Of a stretch of 32,000 nucleotides of DNA, positions 1 to 7,022 are shown in pieces (positions within the stretch are counted from its first letter, which is position 1; every line of letters begins with the position of its first letter). The notes under the pieces are model-generated. The model searched no databases and was not told the DNA's origin. It was given only the letters and a program-made list of their open reading frames with translations. The stretch is from Clostridiales bacterium (GTDB lineage: Bacteria > Bacillota > Clostridia > Clostridiales > Clostridiaceae), in assembly GCA_017889345.1 (NCBI GenBank), contig JAGHEJ010000075.1, positions 11,218 through 43,217 of the forward strand, written 5' to 3'. Both the position numbers and the translations under genes were made by a program.

Positions 1-1
1 A

Positions 2-1132
2 AAATTTTTCAAAGTTACATGGGATGAAGAATGTGCAGAAAAAGAAGGATTCGATCACTTCACTTTAAAAGAAATTTTTGAGCAACCAAAAGCAGTTCAT
101 AGAACGCTACACCACAACATTAAAAATAATGAAATTCATTTTGAAAATATAAACATAACAAAAGATGAACTTAAATCTTTTAACAAAATTTATATCTTAG
201 GATGTGGTACAGCATACAACGCTGGTCTTATTGGAAAGTATGCTCTTAAAAAATTTGCTGGTATAAATGCAATGTGTGAAATTGCATCAGAATTTAGATA
301 CAACGATCCAATTATTGATGAAAATACTCTTGTAATTTGCATTTCGCAATCAGGTGAAACTCTTGATACTCTTCAAAGTTTAAGGCTTGCAAAAGAAAAG
401 AGAGCAAAAATTTTAAGCATAGTAAATATTGTAGGCTCATCTATCACAAGAGAATCTGACTATATTTTCTACACTCTTGGAGGACCTGAAATAGGAGTTG
501 CCTCAACAAAAATATTTACATGTCAACTCATGGGACTTTATTTACTCTCTCTTCATTTTGGAAATCTACTTAGAAGAATTAGCGATGATGAAATCAAATT
601 TTATATTAATGAACTCATTTCAATTCCTGATAAAATTCAAAAACTTCTTGATGATAGTGAAAAAATTAAACAAATTGCATCAGAACAATTTCAAAACGAG
701 TCAATATTTTATATGGGAAGAAATGTTGACATGGAAATTGCTTACGAATCAAGTCTAAAGTTAAAGGAAATTTCCTATATAAATTCATTTGCCATTGGAG
801 CTGGTGAACTTAAACATGGAACAATTGCTCTTGTAAAAGATGAAACTTTTGTAATTTCTTTTGCAACTCAAGAATTTTTATTTGACAAAATGATTTCAAA
901 CATTAAAGAAATAAAAGCACGTGGTGCCTATGTTCTTACAATTGTAAAAGATGAATGTAAAGATATTTCTGATTTATGTGATAAAGTTTTGAAAATTCCT
1001 TATACCCTAGATATTTTCACACCAATTTTAAGCATAATTCCAATGCAACTTTTAGCGTACCATATTTCTGTTATGAGAGGAAATGATGTAGACAAGCCTC
1101 GTAATCTTGCAAAATCCGTAACTGTTGAATAA
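2..1132 (+). CDS. glmS: Glutamine--fructose-6-phosphate aminotransferase (isomerising), C-terminal ~376 aa; the 5' end lies upstream of the window
   Basis: Frame 2 is open from nt 2. The translation contains TLKEIFEQPKAV, ILGCGTAYNAG, CISQSGETLDT, GVASTK, ELKHG and the tail DVDKPRNLAKSVTVE*, i.e. tandem SIS domains with the conserved GlmS C-terminus. The ATG at 272 in the ORF track is internal. Confidence 0.95.
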   Translation, partial: KFFKVTWDEECAEKEGFDHFTLKEIFEQPKAVHRTLHHNIKNNEIHFENINITKDELKSFNKIYILGCGTAYNAGLIGKYALKKFAGINAMCEIASEFRYNDPIIDENTLVICISQSGETLDTLQSLRLAKEKRAKILSIVNIVGSSITRESDYIFYTLGGPEIGVASTKIFTCQLMGLYLLSLHFGNLLRRISDDEIKFYINELISIPDKIQKLLDDSEKIKQIASEQFQNESIFYMGRNVDMEIAYESSLKLKEISYINSFAIGAGELKHGTIALVKDETFVISFATQEFLFDKMISNIKEIKARGAYVLTIVKDECKDISDLCDKVLKIPYTLDIFTPILSIIPMQLLAYHISVMRGNDVDKPRNLAKSVTVE

Positions 1133-1137
1133 AAAAT

Positions 1138-1170
1138 AAGAAGCTACACAATGTGTAGCTTCTTTCTTTG
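1138..1170. terminator. Bidirectional rho-independent terminator between convergent glmS and the DUF4214 gene
   Basis: Near-perfect palindrome aagaagctacaca / tgtgtagcttctt, with an A-run upstream and ttctttg downstream. The last codons (KKLHIV*) of the minus-strand CDS lie inside the hairpin. Confidence 0.8.
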
Positions 1171-2754
1171 ATTATTTAAAAATATAATTTTCTCAAGTAT
1201 CACGTCGTCAAATCTAATTTTAAATTCATCACTTTCCATTATTTCTATAATAATTTGTTCAACTGCTTTCTCTCGACTTAAGAAGGCAGTATTATTTTTA
1301 AATTCTTGAGTCCAAAATTTTAATCCTTCTTCATCTGGAAATCTTCCAAAAATGAAATCATATATTTTTTGGATTAAAACCTCTTCTTTAATTCCTACGT
1401 TAAAATCTTTTTCAATCTCTCTTCCATTTAATATAAATAAAACTTTAAAATAATTCAATTTATCATCAGTAACTTCCATATTATATTGGTCCTTGTAAAA
1501 TTGTTTTAGAAAATCTTCCTGAGAAATATTAAAGTGATTCAATATATCAAACTCTCCCTCAACGAGATTAATTTTAGATAAATTATCTTGATCACTACAA
1601 ATTGTTTTAACAGCTGGAATTAAAATTAATTTTTCAACTCCCTTTTCATAATAAGTAATAACAATATTTTTATAGACAGTGTTAGGAGCTAACCCCTCTA
1701 AAATAATTTTGCCATTACTATACTTAGCAGTTATGTTTTTAACATTAACTGAAAATTTGGTATTATAATTCAAACTTCCTTCAAAATTTTCATTTAGAAA
1801 TAATTTTACATAATTATCTCCCATTTTACTTTTATTAAGCTCCTCGTAGTTCATCACATATAAGGTTTCATGCTTATAAACTTCTCTACTACTTACCTTA
1901 GAATTTTCATAGACTTCTTGATAACGAGTATTTAAAGGAATTTCTATTTCTTCAATATTTAAAGATGAAATTCTTGTTTTAAAATCTTCTGATGAAAACA
2001 TATTTTCTGCAATTAAATTATAAGCTTCCTCATTTTTCAAATAATATGTGGACTTATAATTTTCAAATTTTTCTATCCAATTATTTAACTCATCACTACT
2101 TATTTGAGTTAAAAATATAGCGGAATACATTTTCTCTATATATTTACTTGGAGAATCATTTGAATATAAAATTTGTGGATCTTGCAAAATTCTTAAAATA
2201 AATTCTTGTGGCGTAACCTCTCTAGTTAAAATCTTATGTTCCCACATATAAAAATCACTAGGCAATATAGATCTTTTAAATGTATATTGTAATGTTTGAG
2301 ATATAAACTGTTTTATTGGATCTGGAGATTTTGATGTTTTAAAATCTTTAATAAGCATCGTATATTTTTCTCCATTTTGTGCCTCAGCTTCAATATATAA
2401 AGAGCCATACAAAAAATCTGGAATAAGACCCGATACTGTAATTTCTCCATCATTATAAGTAACATCATACCCGTACATTGAACTAATAGTTTTAGCGTTA
2501 TCTAGAAAATTCCTATTAAAATTATCCGAAGTAATTGATATTGACGTATCTGTAATTTTAGATGAATTCACTTCATTTGCTGTAAACAAATAATCTACAT
2601 AATCATCTGTCTTGTGTATAAAATTGTCAATATCTGTCTGTAAAACTTCCTGAGCTTTTGCAAAAATAAAATTCGAGTTTGAATCAACTATGTAAATACC
2701 AAATAATAAAGTTAAAAACAACATAACATTAGATGCAATTTTATTTAATGCCAT
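1144..2754 (-). CDS. Secreted/surface protein with an internally duplicated [FN3-like beta module + DUF4214] architecture
   Basis: N-terminal hydrophobic signal/anchor (MALNKIASNVMLFLTLLFGIYIV). Two GL(I/A)Pxx(L/V)Y FN3-like strands (GEITVSGLIPDFLYGSLYI; GKIILEGLAPNTVYKNIVI). C-terminal DUF4214 signature IYDFIFGRFPDEEGLKFWTQEF...ESDEF, plus a degenerate mid-protein copy. ATG at 2754 with AAAGGAG upstream. Confidence 0.8.
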   Translation of the reverse strand: MALNKIASNVMLFLTLLFGIYIVDSNSNFIFAKAQEVLQTDIDNFIHKTDDYVDYLFTANEVNSSKITDTSISITSDNFNRNFLDNAKTISSMYGYDVTYNDGEITVSGLIPDFLYGSLYIEAEAQNGEKYTMLIKDFKTSKSPDPIKQFISQTLQYTFKRSILPSDFYMWEHKILTREVTPQEFILRILQDPQILYSNDSPSKYIEKMYSAIFLTQISSDELNNWIEKFENYKSTYYLKNEEAYNLIAENMFSSEDFKTRISSLNIEEIEIPLNTRYQEVYENSKVSSREVYKHETLYVMNYEELNKSKMGDNYVKLFLNENFEGSLNYNTKFSVNVKNITAKYSNGKIILEGLAPNTVYKNIVITYYEKGVEKLILIPAVKTICSDQDNLSKINLVEGEFDILNHFNISQEDFLKQFYKDQYNMEVTDDKLNYFKVLFILNGREIEKDFNVGIKEEVLIQKIYDFIFGRFPDEEGLKFWTQEFKNNTAFLSREKAVEQIIIEIMESDEFKIRFDDVILEKIIFLNNQRKKLHIV

Positions 2755-2840
2755 ACAGTAATCAACTCCTTTTTCATACTCATATTAAATATCGTAATCT
2801 CCTGTAAAAATATTTATAAAACTCTTCACATTTTTTCCAT

Positions 2841-2869
2841 AAAAAAAGTTTACCTATCTTGGTAAACTT
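2841..2869 (-). terminator. Rho-independent terminator of the 2868..4724 gene
   Basis: Stem aagtttacc / ggtaaactt (2846-2854 / 2861-2869), 6-nt loop, followed on the minus strand by a T7 run. Overlaps the stop codon. Confidence 0.75.
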
Positions 2870-4724
2870 ATCTCATATTATTCTCAATATTTGTAATAAT
2901 ATTTATAAATTCTTGTTCGTTCATCATTTGATCTACGATGACTTTCAGAGCCAAGTCTTCTGAACATTCTCTTTTTATAAGTTCTTTATATTTACTTATC
3001 CAGAAGGCTAATCCCTCTGAATCTGGAATTCTATCTACAATTACTTTATAAAGACCCTCAATTTTACTCTCAATAGTTGGCCTTTTATCAATAAACTCTC
3101 TTTCATTTAAAATGTTAGCCACAAATTCTCTAAGATTTGTCTTCCTAATCCTTATATTATTTACCCAATACCAAAATCCTTTTTCATCAGCCTCTCTATC
3201 TAAAGCATTTTTATAAACTCTTTTAACAAATTCATTTAAATCACTTGTTTCTTCAAGAGTTTTAAATTTCGAAATATTTATAACAGCTTTTTTATTATCT
3301 TTCGTGTCAAAATAAATTTTTAATCCGCCATATTCTTTTCCTGGTATAAAATTTTCAAGAATCAATTTATTATCGATAATTTTTAAATCTATTCCATCTA
3401 AACTAACCTTAAAATTTTTACCACCATTTACAAGAGGAAAAATTTTTTCATTTAAGTAAAATGTTCCTCTTATATCTTCAATGTTTGACTTTTTTAAATC
3501 TTCCTGAGATAAAGTAAAATTCAAATTATTTTGATCTACTTCAGGATTTTTCAAAGTCATAAAAGAACCTTTATCTATCATCTTAGGATTATCGGAATCC
3601 ACATAACTAATAATTTCATAAGTGTATCCAGAATCTTCTTTAAGACCAGTTATATTTAGAACTGTTGTTTTGGCAGTTTTATTTCTAGGTATCTCAACAT
3701 TTTTAAATTCTACTCCATTACATTTTAAGACTAAATGAAGTGGATAATATTCCTCATCAAGTTCGTTTTTCGTAATTCTAATTTTTGCACTATTTACTTC
3801 AGCTGACTCAACATAAGATTCAAAATTAAAAGTTGTTACTCTATGGGGAGAGGATAAAAACACACTTTCATTTTTTTCATCAACATTAAGAACATATAAA
3901 TTATAATCCGTGCCACTTTTAAGATTTTCAAAAATCATTTCAAGATAATTATCGTAGCTATAAAAAAGTTCTCCTTCAACTATTTCCCCACTATCATCAA
4001 CCCCAATTGCTTTTAAATTTTGCGGAGAAAATTCCTTTGAAACATTTCCAGTAAAACAAACTGCATTTGACTCTCTAATAATATTTGAATCTCTAATTTC
4101 TGGAGAATATTTTTTAGAATAATCCACTGAAGAATTTACAAAATTAATTCTCTTAAAAATAGTAGAAGAGTTCTGAAGATTTTTAAAAAGAGTTAAATTA
4201 TGTAGAGCAATATTGTTTAAAACCAAATTATCAATCGTATTATTTATAGCAACTTCTTGATTATTCCCTAAAATCGTCATTCCTGTAAAAAGAGTTTGAG
4301 GTAACTCCCTTCTATTTACAATACGACGAAACTCTATCAAACTTTTTTCGCTATCATTATTTTTAATAAGTGTAAGTTTATTATCTCCATTTATTTTAAC
4401 TCCCTGAACAACAACAAGAGATGAATCCAAAACATTTTGAGAACCAACAGTTATAGTTATTTCTCTAGAAGAATTTGATAAATCTATATCATTAACAATC
4501 GTAATATTTCCCTCAACAATAATTTCAGAAATATTTTGATCATTGAGAGCACTTCTTAATTCTTGTTCATTAGTTACGATAATTTTGTTTGTTAGATTAT
4601 TAATTTTAGAAGCCACTATTAAATCTTCATTATTGTTATCTATCGAATAAACTGGAGTTGTTATAAGTCCTAATGAAAAAATTGGAATAGTTGAGATAAA
4701 AACTTTAGATAATTTTTTATACAT
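2868..4724 (-). CDS. Secreted surface protein: signal peptide, possible beta-helix-like N-domain, FN3-like modules, two C-terminal DUF4214 modules
   Basis: Start moved to the ATG at 4724 (MYKKLSKVFISTIPIFSLGLITTPVYS), which has AAGGAGA 6 nt upstream. FN3-like GLKEDSGYTYEI and FIPGKEYGGLKIYF. C-terminal VYKNALDREADEKGFWYWV and VIVDRIPDSEGLAFWISKY...NEQEF are the DUF4214 signature, present twice. Confidence 0.85.
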   Translation of the reverse strand: MYKKLSKVFISTIPIFSLGLITTPVYSIDNNNEDLIVASKINNLTNKIIVTNEQELRSALNDQNISEIIVEGNITIVNDIDLSNSSREITITVGSQNVLDSSLVVVQGVKINGDNKLTLIKNNDSEKSLIEFRRIVNRRELPQTLFTGMTILGNNQEVAINNTIDNLVLNNIALHNLTLFKNLQNSSTIFKRINFVNSSVDYSKKYSPEIRDSNIIRESNAVCFTGNVSKEFSPQNLKAIGVDDSGEIVEGELFYSYDNYLEMIFENLKSGTDYNLYVLNVDEKNESVFLSSPHRVTTFNFESYVESAEVNSAKIRITKNELDEEYYPLHLVLKCNGVEFKNVEIPRNKTAKTTVLNITGLKEDSGYTYEIISYVDSDNPKMIDKGSFMTLKNPEVDQNNLNFTLSQEDLKKSNIEDIRGTFYLNEKIFPLVNGGKNFKVSLDGIDLKIIDNKLILENFIPGKEYGGLKIYFDTKDNKKAVINISKFKTLEETSDLNEFVKRVYKNALDREADEKGFWYWVNNIRIRKTNLREFVANILNEREFIDKRPTIESKIEGLYKVIVDRIPDSEGLAFWISKYKELIKRECSEDLALKVIVDQMMNEQEFINIITNIENNMR

Positions 4725-4808
4725 AAAATTTCTCCTTAGTAAAAATCCTCCGAATATCACTAGAACTTATTGTAATTCATTTGTAATTAAATTGCAATAT
4801 TTTTCGAC

Positions 4809-4844
4809 AAAAGAAAAGGGCTTGTCTATATTAAAGACAAACCC
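4809..4844 (-). terminator. Rho-independent terminator of the 4852..6513 gene
   Basis: Stem gggcttgtct / agacaaaccc (one G.U on the minus strand), 7-nt loop, followed on the minus strand by ttttctttt. Confidence 0.75.
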
Positions 4845-4851
4845 ATAATAA

Positions 4852-6513
4852 TTAAAGACCTAAATCTTTTACTCTATTTTTGAACTCTTGCTCATTAACC
4901 ATTTGATCAACTAATATTCTAAGAGCCATAGCGTCACTATATCCAGTTTTTATTAAACCATCGTATTTATTTGTCCAGAATTTTAATCCTTCAGCATCTG
5001 ACTTTCTATTAACAATAACTTGATATAATCCGTTGATTTTATCTTCAGTTGTTTTATGTTTCTCTATAAATTCCTTTTCATTTAGTAAGTTTTTCACTAA
5101 AGTATCAGAAGTTATAGTCTTTTTCTCTAGACCAGTTACCCAATAAGCGAATCCTTCCTCATCAGCTAATCTGTCTAGAGCATAGCGATAAACGTCTGTA
5201 ACGAATTGTCTTATTTTTGTTTCACTTTTCTTAGTTGTAAATTTAGCTACCTTAATCGTTCCCTTACGTCCATCCCTGTTTATGTAAGTGATATCAAGGT
5301 TTGAGTATTCCTTCTCTGGAACCAATCCTTTTAATTCAAGTTTACCATTAACAAACTCAGCTGTTACACCTTTAATGTTTGTTGTAATTTCTCTTGCATC
5401 TCTTAAACTATTGTAAGCTGTGTTATTTGATACTTCTAAAGTTGCTGTTACATCTTTTATAGTTGATCTGCTTATATCATTACTTGTAATTTGTGGTGTA
5501 ACTATTGTTGAAGATCCATTATTTCCTCCACCTGTTACAAGTGATGAATTTAATGTTGTGAATGTACCTTCAGATAATTTAATTGTTTGACCTGTTTGAC
5601 CTGCTGCGGCTTGTGCTGTATGAATCAATTCATAAGTATATGATGTGCTTGAAGTGAGTCCAGTAACTACTTCAGTACTAGCACCCTTATTAAGATCTTT
5701 AGGATAACCTACTAAATTACTACCTTTTGAATCTTTAACATATATTTTAGTAGTTCCTGTAGCTGGTACTATACCTACTGGAATATTTATATTTGCACTT
5801 GTAGTTGTAATATTAGTAACTGTTGTTTTATTTGTTCTTATTTCTTGTCTTGTAAGTTCAGTAGTTCCATCTTTAACTATAACAACATAACTAGTATCAG
5901 GTTTTAACGTTAAACTTTTAAATAAGTGTGAAAAACTATTAGTAGTGACATCAACTGTTACTTTCTCAGTTTTTGATACATTTTGTGTTAATGGTAATTC
6001 TTGAATTTCTACATCAACAGTAGTTCCTGTTATTCCTGTAACTTTACCCTTTATTTCTACTTCCAATAAATTATTTACTTTTATAGAATCCAATGTTGCT
6101 ACAACATTTTTAGCTATTGATATTTCCTTTTCTACAACTACAGTAGATCCATCTTTAACTTGAACCACATAAGTCTCACCTTGTTGTAAAGTTAAATTAT
6201 TAACTGTATATGAAAGATTTCCATTATTAAGAGGTACCTTTTTTACTTCACCTCCAGGTACTATATTACCTATCTTTTTATCTATAATTTCTATCGTAAC
6301 ATCTGTACCAGCTATTCCTTCTATAACACCATTTACAGTTATTTGAGTTAAACTATCTACTTTTACATCTAGAGTTGATACTTTAGTTTGAGTTCCATTC
6401 GTTTGAGTTTGAACTGTTGTAGCTTTAACAGCTTGTCCACTAACTCCTGCTCCTGTGATCATAACTGCAGCCATCATACTAACTATTAACTTTGATAACT
6501 TGTTTCTTAACAT
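4852..6513 (-). CDS. Secreted surface protein: signal peptide, repeated Ig/FN3-like beta modules, two C-terminal DUF4214 modules; paralog of 2868..4724
   Basis: Signal peptide MLRNKLSKLIVSMMAAVMITGAGVSGQAVKA. Repeated units (LDVKVDSLTQITVNGVIEGIAGTDVTIEI / LDSIKVNNLLEVEIKGKVTGITGTTVDVEI; ETYVVQVKDGSTVV / TSYVVIVKDGTTEL). C-terminal VYRYALDRLADEEGFAYWV and VIVNRKSDAEGLKFWTNKY...NEQEF. By eye, the C-terminal ~120 aa appears roughly half identical to the neighbouring gene's tail. GGGGAGA RBS 5 nt before the ATG at 6513. Confidence 0.88.
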   Translation of the reverse strand: MLRNKLSKLIVSMMAAVMITGAGVSGQAVKATTVQTQTNGTQTKVSTLDVKVDSLTQITVNGVIEGIAGTDVTIEIIDKKIGNIVPGGEVKKVPLNNGNLSYTVNNLTLQQGETYVVQVKDGSTVVVEKEISIAKNVVATLDSIKVNNLLEVEIKGKVTGITGTTVDVEIQELPLTQNVSKTEKVTVDVTTNSFSHLFKSLTLKPDTSYVVIVKDGTTELTRQEIRTNKTTVTNITTTSANINIPVGIVPATGTTKIYVKDSKGSNLVGYPKDLNKGASTEVVTGLTSSTSYTYELIHTAQAAAGQTGQTIKLSEGTFTTLNSSLVTGGGNNGSSTIVTPQITSNDISRSTIKDVTATLEVSNNTAYNSLRDAREITTNIKGVTAEFVNGKLELKGLVPEKEYSNLDITYINRDGRKGTIKVAKFTTKKSETKIRQFVTDVYRYALDRLADEEGFAYWVTGLEKKTITSDTLVKNLLNEKEFIEKHKTTEDKINGLYQVIVNRKSDAEGLKFWTNKYDGLIKTGYSDAMALRILVDQMVNEQEFKNRVKDLGL

Positions 6514-6723
6514 ATTTATCTCCCCGATATTTCAAAAATTATTTACTTCATTTTGTCATATCTGTCAGTCACTTCATGTTTAATATTCTAAATTATTTGT
6601 TATAATTTTGCAATACTTTTTTATTAATTTGTTAATATTTTTTACAAATTATCTGTTGAAAGTTACATTATGTAACCATTGTAACGATGTATAAATTTTT
6701 TAAAATTTCAATTTCTTACATTT

Positions 6724-6766
6724 AAAAACAAAAATAGGCCACTTAATTTAAGTAGCCTATTTTTTA
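6724..6766. terminator. Orphan terminator-like hairpin inside a divergent intergenic region
   Basis: aataggccactta (6733-6745) / taagtagcctatt (6749-6761): 13-bp stem with one C-A mismatch and a 3-nt loop. A-rich run upstream and T6 downstream. No annotated gene ends here. Confidence 0.5.
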
Positions 6767-6876
6767 TCTTTTCATTATTTGAACATATTATTTATTCCAT
6801 TACATGTACGATTATTATAATATAAACCTTTCTATACAAATTAAAAATATACGATTATATCCTTTATAAAATATAG

Positions 6877-6894
6877 TCTATACATTTGTATAGA
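6877..6894. promoter_or_regulatory. Perfect 8+2+8 palindrome tctataca-tt-tgtataga (candidate operator)
   Basis: Seen directly. The half-site tctataca recurs at 6831-6838, and a related ttctata-N7-tatagaa inverted repeat lies at 6947-6967. Confidence 0.35.
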
Positions 6895-6927
6895 TTATAT
6901 TTTTTATATGCAAAAATTATTTTTATA

Positions 6928-6967
6928 TTGTTTCTTTTTAAAAATATTCTATAATATTTATATAGAA
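6928..6967 (+). promoter_or_regulatory. Candidate sigma-A promoter of protein A, with an inverted repeat overlapping the -10
   Basis: TTGTTT (6928-6933), 16-nt spacer, TATAAT (6950-6955). The inverted repeat ttctata (6947-6953) / tatagaa (6961-6967) straddles the -10. About 60 nt upstream of the RBS AAAGGAG (7004-7010). Confidence 0.45.
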
Positions 6968-7022
6968 TGTATTAACATTGTTAATTTTTTTAAAATTAAC
7001 AAGAAAGGAGATTATATTTAAA

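Noticed and set aside
498-758. Short ORFs nested in or antisense to longer genes: 498..758, 8498..8707, 8949..9146, 9459..9953, 10257..10517, 10265..10468, 11551..11766, 12763..12981, 13370..13588, 19256..19474, 19374..19556, 23994..24230, 26972..27172
   Set aside because: Each lies entirely within a longer ORF that has clear family signatures or signal peptide plus RBS. Their translations are Leu/Phe/Val-rich low-information strings typical of off-frame or antisense reading of AT-rich or repeat DNA (9459..9953 simply mirrors the 75-bp repeats). None has a convincing RBS.
6978-7022. N-terminal extensions in the ORF track (6978, 8184, 15377, 24697, 20592, 4760, 30896, 17426, 11963)
   Set aside because: In each case an internal ATG is preceded by a strong AGGAG/GGAGG-type RBS at 5-12 nt and starts a textbook signal peptide or conserved N-terminus. 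The upstream extension begins at a TTG/GTG or unsupported ATG, lacks an RBS, and would bury the signal peptide.
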